Source: Podarcis cretensis (taxonomy: Eukaryota). From it: a stretch of 64,000 bases of DNA. A program made the translations under genes and the position numbers. Location: NCBI GenBank assembly GCA_951804945.1, contig OX638149.1, positions 74,276,001 to 74,340,000 on the forward strand, given 5' to 3'. Position 1 is the first letter of the stretch; each line of letters begins with the position of its first letter. Shown piece after piece: positions 1 through 12,300 of the stretch. The notes beneath the pieces are model-generated. The model worked only from the letters and a program-made list of their open reading frames with translations, was not told where the DNA came from and did not search any database.

Positions 1-229
1 GCAAAATATCCTGCATATTGTTTATTCCCCTTTCTGCAGGTTTTCTCATTTTTAAATATTGTACCTTAATTGGTTACTGTATGTAAGTTCAGACTTTAAG
101 ACTAACCAGTATATGCTTTTGCATGGAGACCACTTCACTAGATGCTTAAATTAAAATAGCATCAATTTTCCACCCCAGGATGGAGAAGCTTAAATCATTT
201 AACATTTCTTCATTTCTTCTGTTTTTCAG

Positions 230-355
230 TCATTAAATGTGAGGAGCATCTTGTCTACAATGAATGCATTGACTGCTGCCCAGTTTCATGTCAGCAAAAA
301 ACTCACTGTGTTGACAGTGAACTGCCCTGTGTTGATGGATGCTATTGTCCAGATG
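230..355 (+). CDS. OTOG: OTOG exon w1 (TIL domain)
   Basis: ttttcag|..|gtaatg; [29 protein letters not shown]; phase 1-1. Confidence 0.93.
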
Positions 356-3300
356 GTAATGCAGTTTTTGGTGTGGAATTTTCTTAGAAGTTGTGGCCTT
401 TCAGGAGCTTATGGCCTTTCTGCAATCTACAAGACACAGTAATTAAGTCACACTCCAGATATTTGTCAACAAAACCAGATGGGTTCATTCTAGAGGCAAT
501 GGGTGGTATTCAACTAACATTTCCTGTCAATACAAGGATTTTCTCTTGTGCAATAGAACTTTCCTCTCTTCTCTTGTTCCCATGCACATTCTCTGCCTTT
601 TCTAAGTCTGCTACAGAGAGTTGGAGGAGCCCCCAGAGCAGATTCTCTGAACGAGCTGGATTATAAGGGTTCAGGCGATCCCTGAGGTATCCTGGACCCA
701 AGTTGTTCAGGGCTTTGTAAATCAATGCAAGAATTTTGAACCTGGCTCAGTAGCAGATGATCAGACAGTGCAGCTGTTTTAACAATGGTGTCACATGTTC
801 TTGACCAGAAGCTCCCCTCAGCAATCTGGCTGCAGCATTCTGCACCAGCTGGAGTTTCCAAACCAGACCCAAGTGCAGCCCCACATAGAGCTCATTATAG
901 TAATCCAGCCTTGCTCCAAAACTCCTAATGACAGCACCCAATGGCTATGTATAGATATTAAATAGCACTGGGGACAGACTTATCGGGAGTAAGCCTTACA
1001 AAACTTGGTGTGACATTTTAGAAAACAGGCATAGGCTGAGAGGCTAAGTGATAGCATGCCCTATATTGACTTGATAGTATGTTATGAAATCAAATAGACT
1101 TCTGTGAAAATATATTTGGTATTGGGCTGCAACTATTTATAACTCAAGTTGTTTTTTCTTTATGACAAAAGCAGCTTTTAACTAAAACAAAATAAAAAAA
1201 TTCCTTCCAGTAAAAAAATTCCTTCCAGTAGCACCTTAAAGACCAACTAAGTTAGTTCTTGGTATGAGCTTTCGTGTGCATGCACACTTCTGAAGAAGTG
1301 TGCATGCACACGAAAGCTCATACCAAGAACAAACTTAGTTGGTCTTTAAGGTGCTACTGGAAGGATTTTTTTTATTTTGTTTTGACTATGGCAGACCAAC
1401 CCGGCTACCTATCTGTAACTGCAGCTTTTAACTGTTTCATAATACATCTTAACCTTCTGTTTTGCTTTTGTTTTTTATTATACCATTAAACTTTTTAGTA
1501 TAAGATGCAATGAGGAAACATACACAAGGATTTTAAATATAATTTATGACATCTTCATTTTCTAGCTAGAAGTACTAGGCAGTTTTTTTAATGACCCTTT
1601 TCAAAGCATATCGCTCTAATTTTGTTCTTATTGTCAAATGTTCATTTTAGGACTTATTTATGAAAACAAATTATGTGTAAGGCCATCAGAATGCCCCTGT
1701 GATTATCATGGATCTGTCTACAGAACTGGTGCTGTGGTTCATGAAGAATGCAACAACTGGTTAGTAACATTCCATATATTTGTTCCCTTTAATATAGCAC
1801 AAATTCCCTAAACAATGTCCAATATATAAGCCTTAGCATATATACCAGTCCTTACTTTTATAAAGCATACACCTTCATAGAAAGGTGCTTTCTCTTTCCT
1901 TTTGCCATTTGTAATTTTGTGGAATAATCTTAATTTTAATGGTTTTGCGTACTAAATATGGTGACCAGTTCTTTTGCATGCCTTTGGTGCATGAAGGTTT
2001 CAAGCTGCAAATTCCCAGACTCTTCTCCTATGCTTGAGTTTTTAAATAAGTGCTGACAGGACGGTGAGGAAGATGCTGTACTTGCAGTCAGCTGGTTGTG
2101 ATAGGCTTGCTGAACCTCACAACATAGGGAGGATGTTTGCATCATTTCTTTGAGAGATTTACTTAGCTTTTTAGTTTGTGGCTGAGCATTCTGTGACGCA
2201 GTCTATTCAAAACTTTAACCTAAATACACTTTATGGGTCTGCAATTATGCAACCTTTAAGACCTGTGTCAAACCTCCATTAACATTGAAATGCCCATTCA
2301 TTTTCCTTAGTGTTCCCCAGGTGTATCTTGCATTCTGAGACTTGTGGCATAATTTCAACCAGAGTGCTGGGCTCTGCCCCTACTTCTGCCTTTTCATGGT
2401 TTCATGACTTGGTATCAATTGAAGCATTCACTATAAGGTTTCCTTTGCAGTCCTACAACTGTTACTTCCAATTGCCACATAAGGGCTATGCCAACAGCCT
2501 TAAAACATCAAATAATTCTTTCTGTTTTCAGTACATGTGCTGGAGGAAAATGGATTTGCACAAACCTTACCTGTCCAGGTATGTCTGTTCTCAGATATTT
2601 CATTCAAATATTTTATACTGGGTATATTGCATGTGATCCAAGTGTTAATATTGATGTCTGATTATTTTCCCAATCTTTCCTAGTTATTTACACCTGGAAA
2701 GCAGCATATAAATGCTTAAAAGGATTATCAGCTCCCAGAATGCAAACTGTAATCACTAATTCCTTCAGGCTTTTTGTCCACTATTGCGATTTTAATATCA
2801 TATATTACTAGCAGCACAGAATATTTTGGTAACATATTGAAACACTTTACCCCCCCCCTTTTTAGCTGAATGTTCAGTCTCAGGAGATATTCACTTCATG
2901 ACATTTGATGGGCGCAAGTATACTTTTCAAGCCACTTGCCAGTATATTCTGGCAAAAAGCCTCACCTCCGGAAAATTTGCTGTGACTCTGCAAAATGCTC
3001 GTTGTGGACAGGTAAGGCTGTAAGAAAAAATGTTTGGGCTGCATCAAGTGTGGGTACTTAACTGGCATTATCAAAAAGATTAAACTAAACTTTCAGTTTA
3101 TAAGTTTCCCTTCGGTGAATGGAAGGAATTTTTCATTCACTGAAAGATTCCTCCCATTCATGGAAGGTTACCTTTGGATCCACTTCTAATTTCCTTGGTG
3201 AAGGACCATCGCTCAGTGGATGTAGAAGGTCCTAGGTTTGGTCCCTTCAGTTTATGTGTATCTGTGTCATGAGAAATTACTGTGCAGACAGTTCTCAAGA

Positions 3301-6300
3301 ACTTAAAAAGCTAACTGTCTCTGAATATCCAGTGGCAAAAGGTGGATAGCAAATAGCACATGTGCTTTCTTATGACTTTATTTTAATAATTAATTAATTA
3401 ATTAATTAATTAATACCCGGCCCATCCGGCTGGGTTTCCCCAGCCACTCTGGGCAGCTCCCAACAGCATATTAAAAACACGGTAAAACATCAAACATTAA
3501 AAACTTCCCTAAACAGGGCTGCCTTCAGATGTCTTCTAAAAGTCAGATAGTTGTTTGTTTATTTAACATCTGATGGGAGGGCGTTCCACAGGGCGGGTGC
3601 CACTACCGAGAATGCCCTTTGCCTGGTTCCCTGTAACCTCACTTCTCGCAGTGAGGGAATCGTCAGAAGGCCCTCAGCACTGGACCTCAGTGTCTGGGCT
3701 GAACGATGGGGGTGGAGACTCTCCTTCAGGTATACTGGGCTGAGGCCGTTTAGGGCTTTAAAGGTCAGCACCAACACTTCGAATTGTGCTCAGAAACGTA
3801 CAGGGAGCCAATGTATGTCTTTTAGGACCGGTGTTGTATGTTCTTGGCGGCCGCTCCCAGTCACCAGTCTAGCTGCCGCATTCTGGATTAGTTTTAGTTT
3901 CTGGGTCACCTTCAAAGGTAGCCCCACGTAGAGCTAGTGATTTCCTTTCCTGTCTTATACTGAGACAGAACATCGGCCCACATCTAGATTAGTATTTTCT
4001 CTACTTACTGGCTGCATCTCTCCAAGGCTTTGGACTGGGATCTCTCCCAGCCTTTCTGGAGATTGAATCTGTAACTTTTGCATACAGAACACCTTCTCTG
4101 CACTGACTCATGGTCCTGTGATGTGAAGGGGGCTCCTGGGTGGGCCTTAACCTCCACTACAGGGTAGACAGCAGGAAGACTGGATGTTACTGAAAATTAA
4201 ATGCTGGAGCAGTCAGGTTTTGGCTGATCCAGTAAGGTAATTCTCATTATTCTTCGGTGGTTCTATGAAAAGAGCAGACATAAATTTACTATTTGTACCC
4301 TGCCCATCTGGCTGGGTTTCCCCAGCCACTCTGGGCGGCTTCCATAGAAACAAAAAATACACTGGAGTCCTTCTTTCAGAGCTGTCATTGGCAGGGAATT
4401 TTCACCCTTTTTGCCAGTATGTGAGTAGTGCCAATTTTTCGAGTGTTTGTGTCATTCGGAAAATTGAGGTTAGTTAGTTCAAACAATGAACAAATATATA
4501 AAGCTGAAGCCAGAAAGCACAATTTTTATCTGTTCCCCAGAAATCATGTGTCAAATGCTGGGATTGATTGGCTAATGGTGCCTGTGGTGTTGTAACAGGA
4601 GGTTATGTAAAGAAATAGTCAACAGTACAGTGCTGAAACCTTTTGCCAAGGGAGGTGTAGAATTATTTCACCTGATATATATTTTTTATTTTTTTTGTAA
4701 AAAAGAAATGTTTGCTCTTTTTATCTCTATTTATAGGTTCTGAAAATATTGGCCTTTTATCTAGTTTTATCTTGTTTTTTATCTAGTTTATAGTTTTCTA
4801 CTTAAGTAATGGATAGCCGCTGTAGTGCTCTCCACATGTTGTTGTTGTTGTTTAGTCGTTTAGTCGTGTTCGACTCTTCGTGACCCCATGGACCAGAGCA
4901 CGCCAGGCACTCCTGTCTTCCACTGCCTCCCGCAGTTTGGAAGTCCACATGTTGGTGGACTACAATTCCCATCAGTCGCAGCTAGCATGGTCAAGGATGA
5001 TGAGAGTTGTATTCCACCTGGAGGGCACTGTATTAGCTACCCCTGACTTCAGTAAAATGTTTTAATAATATGGTAATATAATATGTTTTCTACGTTCAAC
5101 TCGTCTTGCAGATGGCAAGTCCAACAAAGGATACACTGTTCATTGTTAAGATCTAGAGTGCCTTAGAAAGGCAGTTTTAGAATGGCATATAATCTCCCAA
5201 GCGCCTGCACAGAGTCCATAGCTGTACACATACCATTTTAATAACCTGTTAGTGTCTCTGTGAGGGTATACAATAAAGCGCTATTTCTTCCAACAAAGCC
5301 ACTTTGCAAGCATTTTCTTTTCTAAGTTGTTAATCAAACACAGTCTAACGAAAACTTGAAGCAACAAAATCTCAAGGCACAAGGCGTTGACTCATAAGGA
5401 TTGATTCAGTTAAACTGTGCAACAACAACAACAACAACAACCACGATGCATTGATTTGTGAATAATATAATAAACTATAATATTGAATGCTTGGTTTCTA
5501 GTTGTCATCTTTGAAAACGGTTGCTTAAAATGTCTTATGTAGAAACACCAAATTATGAGATAAGGAAATATTGCATTTTTTTTATTAAACATTAGCATAA
5601 ATTACTCTATTTCAATCTTGATTTTTTTCCTGAGCCTTGAATTTCTGTAGAGTTACTGAGAAATTTTCATTAAAATGCTAGAGCTCTATCGCAATAAAGC
5701 AGATTACTATATTGAAAAAGAAAAACACCTCCAGCAACAGCCAGATAACACCTGAACAGGTTTTCGACTCATTGAATCACAAAGAGTACAGTCACTTAGA
5801 GCCTCAGGTTTGGTGACAAAAGCAATCATCATGCAGCAAGTGAGTTTGGAATGATGTAAAATTTAGCTTTAAACACTTTTTGAAAGAGGATCAGTCAAGT
5901 GATCAGCATAGCTTAGCCTTATCTGAGTCTCAAATGACAGTATCACTAGGTTTTGTGGTTAGTTATGATGAGAAGGATATTTTAATATAGGAATTTCTAT
6001 TAAGTGTCTGGCGATGAGTGAGGTACAGTTCATGAGAAGGCAGCTGCTGATAGTTAGCGGAGTCAATGTTATGAAAGAAACAATTCATTAGATCAGAGAA
6101 TTATTGCCAGGATTTTAGAGCCTATTTTAGACAAGATGCATATGCACACACAGATATATGTAGCCAATATATACTCCCACATTCATCTACTGATGTTAAC
6201 ATTTAAAGGCTTGCTTTTATAATTAATTGGACATCTTGAAAATGGCATAGGAAGCTGCTGTATGTGGCCAGACGATTGGTCCACCTAGTTCCAGTACTGT

Positions 6301-9300
6301 CTGACCAGTACAGGGTCTCAGGCAGAAGTCTTTCTCTCACTTGCTACCTGGCCATTTTTTAGCAGTAGCTGCCAAGAATTAACCATGGGATCTTCTGTGT
6401 ACAGTCATACCTTGGGTTGCAATCGCTGCGGGTTGCACGTTTTCGGGTTATGGACGTGCCAAACCCAGAAGTACTGGAATGGGTTACTTCCGGGTTTTGG
6501 CACTCGCGCATGCACTCTAAATTGCGCTTTGCGGATGCACAGAAGTGCTGAATCGCATCATGCGCGTGCGCAGACAGGGCGCTGCGGGTTGCGAACGCTG
6601 CGGGTTCACAGATCACATTTGCAACACGAGGTTCCACTGTGCAAGGCATGTGCTTTACCTTTCAGGTATGGGCTTTTCTACCTTATCTAGGGTATATATC
6701 TCAGCTCACGTCTATCCAAGTCTTGAAACTTGCTTTGCCACTATCGAAGTTGGAAGCAGTATGCTTCTGAATACCAGTTACTGGAAACTACAGGAGGGGA
6801 GAGTGTTCTGGTGCTCGTGAGCTGCCTGCAGGTCTCCCATGGGATCTGGTTGGCCACTGTGAGAACAGGATGCTGGACTAGATGGTCACTGGCCTGATCC
6901 AGCAGGCTCTTCTTATCTTCTTAAATTATAAATTTCATCTTACTGGGTGTTCTCATTTTCATAGCACTGCATTTTGTGGTATGTAAAATCTCCAAGCAAA
7001 TTATTAACTGATTTTTGTGTACCCGTGGCTTTCCCAGGAGATACTTTCCTGCTCTACACCTGTCAAATTCTACCAAAAGGCAAATAGGTCTTAATCGCAA
7101 GCTTATTTTACAATGCTACTCTTCAATTTATTTCTAGAATCAAGATGGAGCATGTATCCAGTCAGTCAGTCTTATTCTCAATCAAGATTCCAAGAAGCAA
7201 GTGACTCTGACCCATTCAGGAGATGTTTTGGTATATGATCAGTACAAAGTAAATCTGCCTTATATTGATGGTAAGTAAAATAAATAACACTTAGCTACAG
7301 TGAAAATGCTATGATTTAAATTATGTCTACATATCATGCCCTAATTCCATCATGTCAATCATTCTGGTTTTATTTATTCTCCTATAGCTTCACTTAACCC
7401 TCTGTTTCCTTCCTCTAATATCTACATCATCTCATGGTACCCCTGGAACCAGATGTTAGTTGTATATTCACTCCCTTTCATCTCACCATGTAGATCAGAT
7501 GTGGTCCTCCAGATGCTGCTGAACTAAAACTCCTATCACCCATGGCCATTGGCCATGCTTGCTTGGCCTGATGGGGTTACAGTCCATCCACATCTGGAAG
7601 GCCAAAGGTTTCCCACACTTGATATAGATAGATGAACTAAGTGATATACATAAAGGAAGCCTTTTTACTGATGAACAAGCTATCTTCAGCCTGAATCAGC
7701 TTGAGCAACAAATTAGTTTTAGGAGGCTTCAATGAACAACAAATCATCCAAAGCAATTATTTTAGCTTGATTCCTTCCAGATCTTATCTTGCTGTCAGTT
7801 CCATCATTGGGAGTTTAACAGTCAACCCTTCATCAGCAACCCCACTGCTGCTACCCACAAGGATACACTGTGGTGTTGAAAAGTGCTCATAGTATCTAGA
7901 CTTCCTTGAGAACCTCCTGTCACCACCTGTCACCTGGGTAGGCTTGCAAAAGGTGGTGGTGATGAGGGCTCATGGCATGAGTAAAATAGAGTATATTTTG
8001 ATCTCGGCAAAACAAATTTATTTGGGCTAAATTCAAGTAGAGATTAGGAGGTTAATTTGCAACTAACATTAAACACATTGTGAAGAGTAAAAGCAACTCC
8101 CGATCTCTTGAGAATATTGTAGGTTACTATTAATACAACTTTTCTGCAATGTTTATCTACTAGATGCTTTTGAAATACGGAAAATTTCCTCTGTATTTTT
8201 GCAAATAAAGTCATATATTGGATTACAAATACTGTATGACTGGAAGGGTTTGAGGCTCTATCTCAAAGCTGATGCTCAATGGAAAGATGATACCATAGGA
8301 CTTTGTGGGACCTTCAACGGAAATATGCAAGATGATTTTTTGTATGTATCATTAACATTTTTAAAAAATACATCTATCTTCATGAATATTGATTCTCCCC
8401 CGCAAACAGTATAGAAAAACATAGTAGCTATTTATTAGAAGAATAAAATATAAAATTTGATTATCAAACCTAGTGTTAATTAAATAATAATAATGTTGAA
8501 GAAATTCAACCCCGAAAAGAGATCTTGTAATAATATATCTTGTTACTTTCAAGGGTCTGATTCTTGGGAGCAAGAATGCTCCACTTAAATGTCCTTTCAA
8601 ATGATTTTAATCCACAAATATTTAATTTAATAAGTATTTTCTTATAGAGAAGTACAAAATACAGAATGCATAAGAGGAAGACTTTCCCTAGTGTGTTTTA
8701 ATTTGTTGGAAGCAGCCCAGAGTGGCTGGGGTAACCTAGTCAGATGGGCAGGATATAAATAAAATAAAATAAACCACAATGAATCCAGTACATAGTGTCT
8801 TGAAATTAATGAAACAACACCATGATTTTGAATTACTGTTGTTTGTACTTGATATTTGAAGTATATCCTTTTTGTTATTTTTTTTTTTTTTTAATGGGGG
8901 AAAGATCTCCAGTAGGAGTGCCAGAAAGCACGCCACAGCTTTTTGGAAATTCCTGGAAAACTTCATCTTCCTGTGGTCTTGAGCATGATTATTCACCAGT
9001 GGATCCATGTGACATTCATCTACAATCAGGTAAGTGTGATGATATTATAGACAGATATTGATGATGGGTTTGGAAGCATTATAAGAAGCTGTTGCAGGAG
9101 AGGAATTGTGAACAACATGTTTCTAGTACCAAAATGAAACTTTCAAGCTCCCATGTAGTTTCTACTATTGCCAGCAGCAAACTGTTGTTGCATTTATAGT
9201 GTCATATTCAATTAACTTTTACTCAGTGGTGATCCACTGAAATTTCTGACTCTGAATAACCTATAGTATTGATTTTTTTTTGGTGTGTATACATTTGTTA

Positions 9301-12300
9301 CAATGGTACATTTGCTACAATGATGTTGTTTTATTATTCTGGTTATGAAATTGATTTTGATATTGTTGACTTTGAGATGTATTGCTGTTCTCCTTGTTGT
9401 AAGCCACTTTGAGCATGATGTTGTGTGTGTGTCGAAAGGAGTGTGGAAAGGCATTCTTATTAGTATTCCTAATTAAGCATATCTGTGTTTTAGGTCATTT
9501 TAGCCAGCTGGTTATATTTCATTTGAGTTTTCATCGATCAGTTGTGCTGCTGACAAAAAATGCATTTCATGCTTCATTATTGTCAAGGATTGTGTAGAAG
9601 AAGTAATATAAAACAATGATAATAATATATGTAATCAATATCATGACCCTGACTGAGCCTTATTTACTGAAAATATAGTAATAAAATTTATATCTGATGA
9701 ACTGAAGAGAAATATTAATAGTGATTGCTATTTGAGACTTCCTTGGAAAATTCCCATAAAAATGACTGTAGTCACTTGTAGAGTTCTGCAGTTGGCTGTG
9801 GCTTATCTATGGCTGAATCAGATAAGCTGTAAAAAGTAATGTTTGTTCCACAGAAGAAAGCCTTTGCTATTAAATTTGGAGACTCTAACATGGTTATTTT
9901 ATTATCATTTACTTTAACAGCCACTTATGCAACAGAAGCTTGCAGCATCATTACAAAAGAACTCTTTGCCCCATGCTACTCCTACCTGAGTCCTCTCCCC
10001 TACTTTGAACAGTGCAGAAGAGATACCTGTAAATGTGGGCAGATCTGCATGTGCTCCGCTCTGTCCCATTATGCCCACCTGTGCCACAGATATGGAGTGG
10101 CGATAGACTTTCGGAGTTACGTCCCAGAATGTGGTAAGTTATTGTTCAGCATGTAATTAATTTAATGGCTGTCTGACATCTTGTGTACATTTCAAGACTA
10201 ATCTAAATTTGATAAATCATTTGCTGGATATCCAAATTGAATGCACATGGTTAGATTGAAATAACCGTGCGCTACAGTAGATCAACGTTTCATCCAGGCA
10301 AGCAAGGGGCATGATCACAGCTAAATGACACATTCAAGCTAGGTAAAAGCACTTAGATATGGTGCAAAGCAGAACCAGGGATACAGTTGTACAGTCTAGT
10401 ATATAAATTATAGTATGCTGTAAAAAGATCTTTTAAAAGATCCTGTACAATTCTTGCACAAATGGAAGAACTTCTCTATATTTGGGGTGATTTTGTCATG
10501 CTAGGGTGGAAACAGCCCTTCCATTTGTGGATTATTTGTTCCACTAATAGTGGAAGGGTACCTTTGGTCCAAGCCATTCCTATTTAAATATATTAAGGAA
10601 AATTTCTGTTTGGTTCCCTCCTCCAAACTAAGCTCACTTTCCCCCGTTTATTTTTTTATTTTTCTTGTTTAAATGACACAGTTATAGTTAGCCATTTAAG
10701 TGGGATCCAATGTGATTTGCAAGTCTAGTTTACAGTACTTGGTGGCTGTGTAAAGTAACCTAAGGGGGTCTTAGTGGAAAAAAGATTCAGGCCTACACTA
10801 AATGTTGAGAGCGTAATAAATAATTAATTTTCTTTGTGTAGTAAAAGTGTAAACACTTCACAGTCAGCAATACACGAGGATATGATTTAGGGCTAACTGA
10901 ACTTGGACTTAGGTTGTAGTTCTGTGCACATTTTCCAGAGAGTGAGTCCCCTGAACACAATGTGACTTATTTCCAAATAAGCATGCAAGAAACCATCCCA
11001 GTGTGTGGGATGAAATGTGTTACAGGCCTTTGAGAGTGGATTGCCTTTTATGCGTTTGGCTTGTAATATGAGAAGTCTGTTTCATTTGCTTAGCTCTTTC
11101 ATGTGAAGATACAAAGGAGTACAGTACCTGTGTATCTACTTGTGGCAGATCCTGCCAAGCTTTCTCTGTGCCAGAGACGTGCAGTGATGATTGTGTTGAA
11201 GGCTGCACCTGTCCTCTTGGAATGTATCTGAACATCAAAACTGACAGATGTGTGCAACAGTAGGTATAATTTGTAGTGCTGACACCAACCACTTTGTAAA
11301 AGTATATTTTCAGATTTAAGGGACTAGCTGAGAAATTGGTTAACTTTCAGACATGAAATGAACTGCAGAACTAAAGAGGCCGGGGGGGGGCATGCTGCAT
11401 TTAGCCAGCAGTGGGAATACAGGGTTCGTTGATGCTTATATGAGATGGTTGTAAACTTGGGGTGGCCAAACTTTTCTGTCAGTTTTGCCTCAAAGTATGA
11501 GAGAGTGCACTGGAATGGCCCCTCCAAGACTGTCTGCTTTTGCTTCAAGTGAAGAAACAGGCAACAGTGCTGAGAAAGATATGTATATATAGGAACCCAC
11601 ACACAACTCTGTGATAGAGCTAAGCATTCCTGGACCCTCACCTGGGAATGGATGAGCAGATTAAGTTCATTTTTGTCTCATGCTCTGAAGAGCCTGTTGT
11701 GCCATGTTTCCATGTGGATTTTTTAGTGCTCAGAGTTTACTGGAGATTACCAAATTTGCATCATCCTGCAGTTCTATTATCTTGAGAATATGTGAGGTAA
11801 TTTATTGAGGTTTCTGATTGTCACAGCCCTATTCATTCTGTTTTCCTTAGAAAATATATTTTGTGACCAGCATGGATTACTGCTGAAGGGGAAACAGTAC
11901 ATAAATGCTTGTCCATAGGCTCTGCCATTTGTTATTTATTATTGGCTGTGGGTAGTACAGTGATAGGAATGCATTCCAATATACAGTGTTTGACAAGAAT
12001 ACTTGTAAATATGTTAATAACTATTTTTAAAGTGAATGCATCTTTATAACAGGGGGAGTCTGTGTTGTTTCCATGGAAACAAATTTTCTATTTTTTTCCC
12101 CTTTATAGAAATGAATGTCCCTGCTATTTTCAGGGTATTGACTATTCACCTGGAGAAAACATAATCACATCTTTGGGAAAATGGTAAGCTATTCCCACAG
12201 TAAGGGCAGTTTCTAATGTTCTGTAGGATTTGCCAAGCATACCACCTGGCAGAATTTTATGCTGCTGTGTTTAGCAGACACTGGGTTTCCCCCATCCTTT

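Noticed and set aside
1184-1420. CRISPR array, Rho-independent terminator or pre-miRNA interpretation of the hairpin
   Set aside because: Vertebrate intron, no repeat-spacer periodicity, and TSDs plus a second dispersed copy indicate a mobile element.
8342-8904. U12-type intron
   Set aside because: The donor in use is GTATGT; GTATCATT at 8346 mismatches the consensus, and no TCCTTAAC branch point is present.
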